Source of the DNA: a virus
Lineage: Duplodnaviria; Caudoviricetes
IMG/VR virus record: IMGVR_UViG_3300020044_006862
Location: 1 to 37,434 of that record
DNA: 37,434 nucleotides
Direction: 5' to 3' (one strand)
Shown in pieces: positions 1 through 8,399 of the stretch. The notes under the pieces are model-generated. The model made no database searches, was not told the DNA's origin, and was given only the letters and a program-made list of their open reading frames with translations. The translations under genes and the position numbers were made by a program. How positions within the stretch are numbered: position 1 is the stretch's first letter; each line of letters opens with the position of its first letter.

Positions 1-2
1 AC

Positions 3-692
3 ATGAAACCCGTTCTTAAAATCGACTGGGCAACGCATGAGGCTGCGAAACACGCTGTCGAGAATTGGCATTACTCAGAAGTACTTCCAGTTCCTCCGCT
101 GGTAAAGGTTGGCGCGTGGGAAGACAGCAAGTTTATTGGCGTCGTTATATTCAGTCGGGGCGCAAACAATAATTTACTAAAGCCGTTTGGGTTGACTTGC
201 GTTGAAGGATGCGAGCTTACAAGAGTCGCGCTAACTCAGCACAAAACGCAAGTCAGCAGAATTATAAAAATGGCGATGATGTTTTTGAAGAAAAACAGTC
301 CATCACTCAGACTGATTGTTTCGTTCGCAGATCCAAGCGAAGGGCATCACGGCGGAATCTATCAAGCTGGAAATTGGATTTACACAGGCAAGCGGCCACC
401 CACAACAGAGTTTATCGCACCAGACGGCAAGCAATGGCACGGGCGCATGGTATCAAAGGACGGAAGAATAAAAGTCCAAGGTAAATACAGGCCATGTTGG
501 AAAGTCAGCCAATGCACGCCAGTCGAGAAGCAGGGCAAACATCGCTACCTAATGCCACTTGACAATGATATGAAAAAGCAGATTCTCCCATTGTCCAAGC
601 CTTACCCAAAACGCGCCGGAAGTGACACGAAGGACACGTCTGGTTCCCAATCAGAAGAGGGCGGTTCAACCCCGACCCCGGCGCTCCAATGA
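3..692 (+). CDS. mom: Mom-like adenine-modification enzyme (GNAT fold)
   Basis: Motifs 'NWHYS', 'CELTRVAL' and 'IVSFADPSEGHHGGIYQAGNWIYTG' resemble the phage Mu Mom family. Confidence 0.8.
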   Translation: MKPVLKIDWATHEAAKHAVENWHYSEVLPVPPLVKVGAWEDSKFIGVVIFSRGANNNLLKPFGLTCVEGCELTRVALTQHKTQVSRIIKMAMMFLKKNSPSLRLIVSFADPSEGHHGGIYQAGNWIYTGKRPPTTEFIAPDGKQWHGRMVSKDGRIKVQGKYRPCWKVSQCTPVEKQGKHRYLMPLDNDMKKQILPLSKPYPKRAGSDTKDTSGSQSEEGGSTPTPALQ

Positions 693-1315
693 AACAAACC
701 GATCTAGCGCGAGGCATGGGCGTAACTCAGGGACTTGTGAGTCGCTGGGTTAAACGCGGAATGCCCACGACCTCAGTCGAGGAAGCGCAGCGCTGGCGAG
801 AGGGCAACACTGACTCCAGCAAGTCACACGATCCGATTGAATCTGTCGCCCCACCTGAGAGCATCAACGCCAACGCGCTGAAGCACGTCGAGCAAATGAC
901 GGCTGAGAGCAAAAAGCCGGGAACGCTTGAGGAAGCGGAGGAATACATCGCTGATCTTTCCAACATGAGGAGGTTTGCCAAGGGCGCGGCGGCTACTCTT
1001 TACAAGTCTGGCAGGGTGGAAGATGCGCGGAAGTGGGTGAACATTCACCAGTCTATTGCTCGGCAATATCCAGCGCTCCACAAACAGGTTCTGGATTTGC
1101 GTGAACGGCACCGAATTAACATCACGACCGCAGACGCAGAGGCTACGTTTTGCGGCTATCTCGCCCGACTCCGTGGCCTTATCGACTCCATGCCGGGAGC
1201 ATTGTCGGCAAAATGCAACCCATCTGATCCTGAGCATAGTCGCGTTGAATTAGAAAGGTGGCGTGACGAGGTTCTTTATAAAACACTTAGCCAAGCACCA
1301 ACCGTAACGCCATGA
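689..1315 (+). CDS. terS: Terminase small subunit (Nu1-like N-terminal HTH)
   Basis: N-terminal 'QTDLARGMGVTQGLVSRWVKRGMP' HTH, helical C-terminus, upstream of terL, ATGA-coupled to mom. Confidence 0.75.
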   Translation: MKQTDLARGMGVTQGLVSRWVKRGMPTTSVEEAQRWREGNTDSSKSHDPIESVAPPESINANALKHVEQMTAESKKPGTLEEAEEYIADLSNMRRFAKGAAATLYKSGRVEDARKWVNIHQSIARQYPALHKQVLDLRERHRINITTADAEATFCGYLARLRGLIDSMPGALSAKCNPSDPEHSRVELERWRDEVLYKTLSQAPTVTP

Positions 1316-2118
1316 ATGAACTTGAAAAACGAGGAGCAAAAAGGCCGGTCGGCTTCATTCGATCTGACGGTTGGATATGGCGCGGCGATCATTGGATGAG
1401 TCCAGAAAAGATGGCGGAAAAGCGGACAAAAGACGCTGAAAGAAAGCGAGCAAGAAGAGCCGATCCAGAATACGCAAAAATAGAAAAAGCAAATAAGCTA
1501 AGATACTGCCAAAAACATAAAGCAAAACTTAGAGAACGCATATTAAAGGCGAGCGAAGAATCGAAAAAGATCAAGGCCGAGAGGATGCGAATATGGCGAA
1601 AGAAAAATCCAGAAGCCGCAAAAGAAGTTCGTTTGAGATATAAGCAAAGGCGAGAAGCTGGCCAAGCTAGCAAAAGACTTAGTGAGACAGAAATAGCAGA
1701 AAGGCAAAATCGCGACCTGTTGGAATATAGCAAGCTCCAACAAATAGAGTCGCAGGAAAAGCAAAGGATGGAAACAAATAGAATCATTGCCGCTAGAATG
1801 AGGGCAAGATTAAGATCATTCTTGAATCGCAAAGGGCGCTATAAAGCGCACAACACAATGTTTTACGTTGGGTGCAGTCACGAACAGCTTAGGGGACACA
1901 TCGAATCACAATTCAAGCGCGGAATGACTTGGGAGAACTACGGCAAAGTTTGGCACATAGATCACATCGTGCCGGTAAGTCTTTTCGGAACAAATGAAGA
2001 TGAGTTAAAAAGGGCGATGAATTGGCAAAACCTTCGACCTCTTTGGGCCAAGCAAAACATCGTGGAAGGCAACCGCCGCCAAAACAACCAAACCGTTTTG
2101 CCGCTAGATATGCCGTGA
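1312..2118 (+). CDS. Free-standing HNH (homing-type) endonuclease
   Basis: 'GMTWENYGKVWHIDHIVP...NLRPLWAKQN' HNH core, long basic N-terminus, A-rich relative to neighbours. Confidence 0.8.
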   Translation: MNELEKRGAKRPVGFIRSDGWIWRGDHWMSPEKMAEKRTKDAERKRARRADPEYAKIEKANKLRYCQKHKAKLRERILKASEESKKIKAERMRIWRKKNPEAAKEVRLRYKQRREAGQASKRLSETEIAERQNRDLLEYSKLQQIESQEKQRMETNRIIAARMRARLRSFLNRKGRYKAHNTMFYVGCSHEQLRGHIESQFKRGMTWENYGKVWHIDHIVPVSLFGTNEDELKRAMNWQNLRPLWAKQNIVEGNRRQNNQTVLPLDMP

Positions 2119-3842
2119 TTGAATCCCTAGCCGCATCCTTTGCCGCCTGTTTCGCCCCACGCGACAACCGCAAGGTGTGGCAATGGGCCGAGGATGAAAT
2201 CGTTCTCAGCATTCGCCAGACCGAAAACGAGGGGCCGTATTCAACGGCGCTTACGCCTTACGTCCGCGAGCCGCTGGAGATGTTTGCGAATGACCGCAAT
2301 TCCGACATTGTGCTATGCTGGGGCACGCAGACCGGGAAAACCAACACAATCATGGTCGGCACGGCGTGGCGTTACGTCCATCGACCACTGCCGGGATTGT
2401 GGGTCATGCCGTCCGAGGATCTCGCCCGTAGCTTTTCACAGACTCGCTGGCTTCCGATGGTCGACGACTGCGGGCCGTTGCGAGCGCTCAAGCATCCAAG
2501 CCCGCGCAAGATAACGGCGCTCTCCCAAGACTTCACCGCCGCTGGCTTAGCGTTTGTCGGCTCAAACTCGCCGGCGAACTTAGCTTCCCGCCCGTGCGGT
2601 CTGTTGGTCATGGATGAGGTGGACAAATTCGCAACGCAGCGCGGCAACGAAGCCAGCGCCCTCCAGCTTGCCGAGAACCGCACCAAGTCCTTCACGAACC
2701 CGTTGCGTGTTAAGACCTCCACGCCAACGGTGGACAGCGGCACAGTGTGGCAAGAGTTTCTTCGCACCGATCAACGCTATTTCATGGTGCCCTGCCCTCA
2801 TTGCTCCGAGCTTATTCGCTTGGAGTGGTCGCAAGTGCGATGGTATGACCGCGAACGCAAGGAGGACGAATGGGACAAAGCCCGTGTTCGCGTCACCGCC
2901 CATTACGAGTGCCAAGAGTGCAAAGGCAAGATCACCGACAGCCACAAAACGAAGATGCTGCGCGGCGGGAAGTGGATAGCGACCAACCCAAACGCCGAGC
3001 CGGGGCGCGTTGGCTACCACTTGAATTCACTATACGCACCGTGGAGGTCGTGCGCTTTCGGCACGCTGGCCGTCAAATGGCTGGACGCGCAGAGCGACAC
3101 GTCCATCCTTCAGGACTTCTTCAATTCGACGCTCGCCTTGCCGTGGGAGGAGCGCTCAGCCACCGTCAAGGACGAGGATATCTTGAGCCTTCGCGCTCCG
3201 TATCGACTCGGCGCCTGTCCCATCGAAGATCCGGCCTACATTTCCATTGGTGCTGACCCCGGCGAAAAATCAACGCACTACGTCGTGACCGCGGTGGAGA
3301 AAACGGGCGAGGCGTGGGTGATCGACTACGGCGAAGTGATCGCGCCCGAGGATCTGCTTCGACTCGGAGCCAAGCAATACACCATGCCGAGCGGCCAAAC
3401 CGTAACCATCAGCGGCGGCTTGATTGATAGCGCTTGGGCCACTGACCGCATTTACAAAATCTGCGCCATGAGCGGCGGCAAACTTTGGCCGACTCGCGGC
3501 AACGACAAAGCATTCGGCACCTTCAACCAATCCCAAATCAACGATTGGCCGGGGCTAATGCTGACCTCCTACGTGGACTTCAGAATCAAATGCGCCCTCT
3601 GGCTGGATAGGGTCCAGAAACGCCTTCCGCCTTTGCTCCACTTCCCAGAGGACATCGGTCCCGACTTTATCATGGGGCTCAGCGGCATGGCCCTCATCAT
3701 GGCCAAACACAAACGCCAACCTCTCCAATGGAAGAAGTTGGCGCATGACCACTACGCTGATGCTTTGAAACTCTCAGCGGTTCTTAGTTGGTGGTTGGTG
3801 GCGCATCAGTTTGGGGCGAGTCCACCAGAGGCTGAGGACTAG
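2115..3842 (+). CDS. terL: Terminase large subunit, lambda GpA family
   Basis: Walker A-like 'GTQTGKT', Walker B 'LLVMDEVDKF', 'STPT', 'VPCPHC...YECQEC' zinc motif, nuclease 'IGADPG'; GTG at 2115 overlaps the HNH stop (GTGA). Confidence 0.95.
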   Translation: MIESLAASFAACFAPRDNRKVWQWAEDEIVLSIRQTENEGPYSTALTPYVREPLEMFANDRNSDIVLCWGTQTGKTNTIMVGTAWRYVHRPLPGLWVMPSEDLARSFSQTRWLPMVDDCGPLRALKHPSPRKITALSQDFTAAGLAFVGSNSPANLASRPCGLLVMDEVDKFATQRGNEASALQLAENRTKSFTNPLRVKTSTPTVDSGTVWQEFLRTDQRYFMVPCPHCSELIRLEWSQVRWYDRERKEDEWDKARVRVTAHYECQECKGKITDSHKTKMLRGGKWIATNPNAEPGRVGYHLNSLYAPWRSCAFGTLAVKWLDAQSDTSILQDFFNSTLALPWEERSATVKDEDILSLRAPYRLGACPIEDPAYISIGADPGEKSTHYVVTAVEKTGEAWVIDYGEVIAPEDLLRLGAKQYTMPSGQTVTISGGLIDSAWATDRIYKICAMSGGKLWPTRGNDKAFGTFNQSQINDWPGLMLTSYVDFRIKCALWLDRVQKRLPPLLHFPEDIGPDFIMGLSGMALIMAKHKRQPLQWKKLAHDHYADALKLSAVLSWWLVAHQFGASPPEAED

Positions 3843-4012
3843 CCGCCAAAATGCGCGTCTAGGACTGCGCCGGGTTTGTTTCCCAGAGCGGCCCGAGTCG
3901 ACGGCAGAATGTGGACTGTGAGCTTTACTTTGCCCAGCGCAGGGCGGCCAGCGCCGGGAGCCCGCTTGCGGGGCTCTCCGGCTTTGGTGAGTTGAGATGC
4001 TTGGTTTTTCAT
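3839..4012 (-). CDS. Small putative ribbon-helix-helix/CopG-like DNA-binding protein
   Basis: 'RAPGAGRPALGKVKLTVHILP'; ATG at 4012 is TAATG-coupled to the upstream gene; stop overlaps the terL stop (CTAG). Confidence 0.55.
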   Translation of the reverse strand: MKNQASQLTKAGEPRKRAPGAGRPALGKVKLTVHILPSTRAALGNKPGAVLDAHFGG

Positions 4013-4209
4013 TAGCGGCAATAGGCAGCAGTCTCAATGCGCGTGACAATTAAACTGGCTGTGTGCAGCTCTGGATATTCATTCTTAAGCGCACGCGCAG
4101 CGCCTGCGTGAGTTAACGAATAGGGGCGAATCAGTGAGTATTTTTTTTCAACATGTGCTTTGTATTCGGTGCTGTATCGGGTGGTTGTGATGGTGTTAAG
4201 TATTTTCAT
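4012..4209 (-). CDS. Hypothetical protein (moron cassette)
   Basis: 65-aa ORF with an A-rich leader shared with the 4272-4442 gene. Confidence 0.6.
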   Translation of the reverse strand: MKILNTITTTRYSTEYKAHVEKKYSLIRPYSLTHAGAARALKNEYPELHTASLIVTRIETAAYCR

Positions 4210-4271
4210 GTTGTTTTGATTGTTCGTTGTTTGAGTTGTGCGCGTTACAGCCGCGCCCCTGTTGATTGATT

Positions 4272-4442
4272 TTAGTCGCTTTTTTTTGCCTTCAGAACTT
4301 CAACCGCTTCTTTGCGGCACTCTTGGTGCGAGTTGTAAAAGTTGCCGTCGATCAAGATCCCTTGGTATTTGTGCTTTGCCGTAAAGCATCCAGCGGAATC
4401 CTTTTGAATTTTGATGTCTGATGTTTTGAAGTAGTTTTGCAT
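4272..4442 (-). CDS. Hypothetical 56-aa protein, not in the ORF track (MQNYFKTSDIKIQKDSAGCFTAK...KKSD)
   Basis: Read manually; ATG with A-rich leader just downstream of a sigma70-like promoter. Confidence 0.6.
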   Translation of the reverse strand: MQNYFKTSDIKIQKDSAGCFTAKHKYQGILIDGNFYNSHQECRKEAVEVLKAKKSD

Positions 4443-4478
4443 GGCGTTTTAATCGTTCGTTGTTTGACTGACATTGTG

Positions 4479-4506
4479 ATAATACCTCTCCTATTTCATA
4501 CGTCAA
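4479..4506 (-). promoter_or_regulatory. Sigma70-like promoter for the - strand moron cassette
   Basis: TTGACG-N16-TATTAT on the - strand. Confidence 0.6.
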
Positions 4507-4555
4507 GAATTAATTGCACTCGGAATGAATTATTTTTGACTCCCTCGCTTTGTCG

Positions 4556-4849
4556 ATGGCAAGCGCCGACATCTGGGTCCGAAAACTCGTCAAATACTAC
4601 ACCGTCTCCGAATTGGAATCGGCGGAGTTGGCGATATTGCAAGCTGAAGCGGGGCGTATTCAGGACGTTGTCCAGATTACAAGCCAATCCTCCCGCGCAG
4701 GTAGCGCCACAGGTATCAGCATCAGCCCAGACGAGCGCGCAACATGGCTGCGACGAATTGAAGAGGCCATCAACGAACTCAACGGCACCACCGATTACAA
4801 CGACAAGTGGTTCGCGCAGGATTTCTCAACCCGAACTTTTGGAACATGA
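4556..4849 (+). CDS. Head completion/head-tail joining protein (gpW position)
   Basis: Small helical protein between terL and portal, ATGA-coupled to portal. Confidence 0.55.
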   Translation: MASADIWVRKLVKYYTVSELESAELAILQAEAGRIQDVVQITSQSSRAGSATGISISPDERATWLRRIEEAINELNGTTDYNDKWFAQDFSTRTFGT

Positions 4850-6297
4850 GCAGAGGACGACGTGGAAATCGCAAACCAGCAGCGGCAGGCATCAACGCCT
4901 TGACGAACTTCGACGCCGCCCAATGGAGTCCTCGCAGGGCATACGTCAACTGGGGCACGCTAGACACGTCGCAGGAGTTGACGGGCGGCGATAGGCTCAC
5001 CATCCTTCGCAAAGCTCGCAAAATGTATGCAGACGTTGGCCTTGCTCGTCGCATTGTGAACGGCGTTGCCAACCTTGTCGGCTACCTCAAGCCCCAAGCC
5101 GCGACTCCAGACCGTGAGTTTAACCGGATGGCTGAGGAGCTATTTGAAGAGCGCGCCGGCACGCCGTTTGTGTTCGACAGGGCAGGCAAAATGGACTTCT
5201 TCCAGTGGCAAATTGCGCTTACCCGTCTCCGCATCAAAGACGGCGACTCGCTTTCTGTCCTGAGCGAAACCGAATCCAAAACCGCACGCATCATCTTCTA
5301 TGAATCCCACCAAATCGCCAGCGGACAGAGCAAAACAGCCCAAGACGGCGTGTTTCTCGACAAATTCGGCAGACACGTTGCATACAACCTTGTCGATGTT
5401 AGCAATCCAAGCCAAGCAACGAGCGTATCGGCGGATAACGCTATCTTTTATGCCGATTTTGAGAGGCCGGGACAAGTGCGCGGAATATCCGCACTCGCTC
5501 ACGCCCTGAACAACATCCAGGACAGCGCTGAGATCACTGCTGATGTTAAGCACGGCATCAAAATGGCCAATCAGGTTGGCTTGGTGCGGACGATGAAAGG
5601 CGGCAACGGGCCGCAGGGTTTCGCTAGCGCCGTCACGACCCGCAGCACAGGCGGCAGCACCATCAACATCGAGCAGATGCGCGAGGGCGGCATGGTGGCG
5701 CAGCTCATGGAAAACGAAGCGCTGTCCGTCATCCACGACGGCAGGCCGCACCCTAACCAGATGATGCTGCTCGAATGGCTGGTGCGTGATATCGCTTGGG
5801 GCGTGGGATTGTCGCCAGAGGTGCTATGGGACTTAGCAAAGCAAACAGGCCCGTCACAGCGCTACCTAATGGCCGAGACTCAGCGCTGGATTGAGCATGA
5901 GCAAGCACGGCTCAAGCAAGCCTGTCAGCGCTTCTACACCTATTTCATCGCCAAGGCCGTCAAGAACGGAGAGCTACCGCCACCGCCTGCGAACTGGTGG
6001 TGGGCTGAGTGGATTCCGCAGGCTGACCTAACCATTGACCGTGGCCGCGAAGGGCGTCTTGAACTTGAGCAGTTAGACGCTGGCGTCATGAGCCTAAACG
6101 ACTACCACGCACGCAAGGGGCGCGACTGGGAAAGCGTGGAAATGCAAAAAGCGCGGGAGATTTTACGCCGCCGCGAGATCGAGTCTGAAATGGGACTTGA
6201 AGAAGGCGCATTAGACGGATTCAAACAGAAGCAACTCGACATCCAGGAGGATCAAAATGAGAAACAAGACATGGTATCAGATCAAAGCCAAGAGTGA
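4846..6297 (+). CDS. Portal protein, lambda family
   Basis: 'DGVFLDKFGRHVAYNL', 'ERPGQVRGIS', 'IAWGVGLSPEVL', 'RKGRDWE'; follows GpA terminase. Confidence 0.92.
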   Translation: MSRGRRGNRKPAAAGINALTNFDAAQWSPRRAYVNWGTLDTSQELTGGDRLTILRKARKMYADVGLARRIVNGVANLVGYLKPQAATPDREFNRMAEELFEERAGTPFVFDRAGKMDFFQWQIALTRLRIKDGDSLSVLSETESKTARIIFYESHQIASGQSKTAQDGVFLDKFGRHVAYNLVDVSNPSQATSVSADNAIFYADFERPGQVRGISALAHALNNIQDSAEITADVKHGIKMANQVGLVRTMKGGNGPQGFASAVTTRSTGGSTINIEQMREGGMVAQLMENEALSVIHDGRPHPNQMMLLEWLVRDIAWGVGLSPEVLWDLAKQTGPSQRYLMAETQRWIEHEQARLKQACQRFYTYFIAKAVKNGELPPPPANWWWAEWIPQADLTIDRGREGRLELEQLDAGVMSLNDYHARKGRDWESVEMQKAREILRRREIESEMGLEEGALDGFKQKQLDIQEDQNEKQDMVSDQSQE

Positions 6298-7411
6298 CAA
6301 GCCCAAGGCGGCAGACATCAGCATTCACGATGAGATTGGATTGTGGGGCATCTCCGCATCTGCATTCATGCGTGACCTTCGCGGCATGGGTGAGCTGGAT
6401 GAGATCAATTTGTCCATTCATTCTCCGGGCGGCGACGTGTTAGATGGCTGGGCAATTTACAACGCGCTGAAAAACTCTAAAGCTAAGATTACTGCTCGCG
6501 TCGAAGGCTTGGCCGCGTCGATGGCTTCAATCATCCTGCAAGCGGCAGACGTTCGGGAGGTTTACGAAAACTCCTATGTGATGGTCCATAACCCATGGGG
6601 CTTGGCTATCGGTGACGCTGAGGAAATGCGGGACACCGCCGACCTGCTAGAAAAAATGCAGAACGGGCTTGTCGGTGCTTATGCATCCCGCACAGGTGGC
6701 GACGAAAAAGAGATCCGCGAAATGATGGATTCTGAAACTTGGATGGATGGCAACGAAGCCGTCGAGCGTGGATTCGCCGACAAAGTAATTGGAAAAGTGG
6801 CCATGTCCGCACGCGCTTTTGACAATCGCAAATTTAAGATGACTCCCCCATCACTCCAAGCCAATTCCGAAACCGCTCCAGAGGTCGCTCCTGTGGAGAA
6901 AACTGCAAACGCGCCGGTTGAGCCTATCGCTCCTGTTGATGCGGATGCTGAAACTGAGGTTGAGCCACAAGCTCCCGAAGTCGAGGTGACGGAACCCCAA
7001 GCAAAGTCACTGCTGTCACGGTTTACTGCCCTTTTTGGTGGTGAAACGGATGAGACGCTAAAGGCTGCGCTCTCGGCCAAAGACGGCGAAATCCTCGCCG
7101 CCAAGACTGAGATTGACGCGCTGAAAGCACAAGTGGCCGCGCTTGAACCTAAGGCCAAAGCCTTCGACGAAGCCACCGCTGAAATCGCACGGCTTGAAGC
7201 TGAACGGCAAACGGCAGAAGCTAAGGCGGCGGCTCAGGTCGCATCGCTCGGCTTTACTCCCGAATCTGAACGGAGCCTGCCAGACGCTGAGACTGACAAG
7301 GGCGACATCCTCGCGCAATTCAACGCGATTACTGACCCTGCCGAACGTGGCAAGTTCTACAATCAAAACCAAAAGGCCATCCGCGCCGCTCAATTCAAAA
7401 CCAAATCCTAA
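6257..7411 (+). CDS. ClpP-like prohead protease with C-terminal scaffold region
   Basis: 'IHSPGGDV', 'GLAASMAS', 'MVHNPW', 'ETWMDGNEAVERGFAD'; GGAGG SD; acidic/Pro linker then coiled coil. Confidence 0.92.
   Translation: MRNKTWYQIKAKSDKPKAADISIHDEIGLWGISASAFMRDLRGMGELDEINLSIHSPGGDVLDGWAIYNALKNSKAKITARVEGLAASMASIILQAADVREVYENSYVMVHNPWGLAIGDAEEMRDTADLLEKMQNGLVGAYASRTGGDEKEIREMMDSETWMDGNEAVERGFADKVIGKVAMSARAFDNRKFKMTPPSLQANSETAPEVAPVEKTANAPVEPIAPVDADAETEVEPQAPEVEVTEPQAKSLLSRFTALFGGETDETLKAALSAKDGEILAAKTEIDALKAQVAALEPKAKAFDEATAEIARLEAERQTAEAKAAAQVASLGFTPESERSLPDAETDKGDILAQFNAITDPAERGKFYNQNQKAIRAAQFKTKS
6839..7411 (+). CDS. Putative nested scaffolding protein (in-frame internal start, lambda Nu3-like)
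   Basis: In-frame ATG right after the protease domain, preceded by the TTGAC-N15-ATG late motif. Confidence 0.55.
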   Translation: MTPPSLQANSETAPEVAPVEKTANAPVEPIAPVDADAETEVEPQAPEVEVTEPQAKSLLSRFTALFGGETDETLKAALSAKDGEILAAKTEIDALKAQVAALEPKAKAFDEATAEIARLEAERQTAEAKAAAQVASLGFTPESERSLPDAETDKGDILAQFNAITDPAERGKFYNQNQKAIRAAQFKTKS

Positions 7412-7420
7412 TCACATCCC

Positions 7421-8311
7421 ATGGCTACTCTCTTTAACGACAAGCTGTTCGGTCAACGTGCTTTCCAGCAACTGACCGAGATCCTGACCCCGCTCAACGC
7501 ATTTGCGACTGACATCTCCTCCGAGGTGCGCGGTCAAGGTGATGCCGTCATCGTGCCGCTCTTCGGTAACGTGACGACCACCACTTTTACTCAGGCGAGT
7601 GACGTTTACGAGCAGACCGGCGGTCTCATCACCGCAATCACCGTCAACCTTAACAAGCGCAAGATCACACCGATGGATCTCACGCTGCAACAGTTGGCGG
7701 AATCCAGCAACGCGGGCCGCTTTGATCAGTTCGCTGATCAGCTTGGTCGCTCCATGGCTCAAGCTGTCCTGACCGACATCTGGAGCTTGATCACGACCAG
7801 CAACTTCGGCTCCGCGATCATCACCACCGCTGCCGCTAACTATGGCCGCGCTCAACTCATCGCCGCTCGCAAAGCTCTGCTTTCCGCCGGCGTTCGTGGT
7901 GACAAGTCGTTCGTGGCTAACATGGACATCGAAGCCGCAATGCTGGGTGATGACAAGATCACTCTGGCCCTCAACCGTGGCGACTCGCTTGCCATCAAAG
8001 AAGGCTTGCTTGGTCGCTTGCTCGGCATGGACATCTACTCCTCAGATGTCATCCCGCTCAACAGCGTTTCGCTCGCCGGCTTCGCTTGCGGCAAGAACGC
8101 CATCGCGGTCGCCATGCGTCAGCTTGGTGATTACCTGCCCACCGAGGACTACGAAGCCGTTGAGCAGTATGTGGACGCAGAAAGCGGTATCTCCGCACTG
8201 TACACCCGCCATTGGAGCCGCGCGCAAGGCAAATACTTTGCCAACCTGCACTGTCTCTACGGCTACGCCACGGCGGTCACCAACGAACTCAAGCTCTTTA
8301 CGGTGCCTTAA
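7421..8311 (+). CDS. Major capsid protein
   Basis: 296 aa, follows protease/scaffold, 'GQGDAVIVP' and 'IKEGLLGRLLGMDIYSS' capsid-like motifs, followed by a terminator. Confidence 0.88.
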   Translation: MATLFNDKLFGQRAFQQLTEILTPLNAFATDISSEVRGQGDAVIVPLFGNVTTTTFTQASDVYEQTGGLITAITVNLNKRKITPMDLTLQQLAESSNAGRFDQFADQLGRSMAQAVLTDIWSLITTSNFGSAIITTAAANYGRAQLIAARKALLSAGVRGDKSFVANMDIEAAMLGDDKITLALNRGDSLAIKEGLLGRLLGMDIYSSDVIPLNSVSLAGFACGKNAIAVAMRQLGDYLPTEDYEAVEQYVDAESGISALYTRHWSRAQGKYFANLHCLYGYATAVTNELKLFTVP

Positions 8312-8327
8312 CCCGTCTCCCGAAGCG

Positions 8328-8359
8328 GCGCGGTCCTCGAAAGGGGGCCGCGCTTTTTT
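8328..8359 (+). terminator. Rho-independent terminator after the major capsid gene
   Basis: GCGCGGTCCTC-GAAA-GGGGGCCGCGC followed by TTTTTT. Confidence 0.85.
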
Positions 8360-8361
8360 GT

Positions 8362-8399
8362 TTGACGATCAAGGCTAAATCTGATTTGATTGCGGCATG
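8362..8399 (+). promoter_or_regulatory. Possible sigma70-like promoter giving a leaderless mRNA for the glycosyltransferase cassette
   Basis: TTGACG-N17-TTTGAT-N6-ATG. Confidence 0.4.

Noticed and set aside
2022-2114. N-terminal extension of terL given in the ORF track
   Set aside because: It overlaps the HNH gene; the GTG at 2115 with a GTGA overlap is the more plausible start
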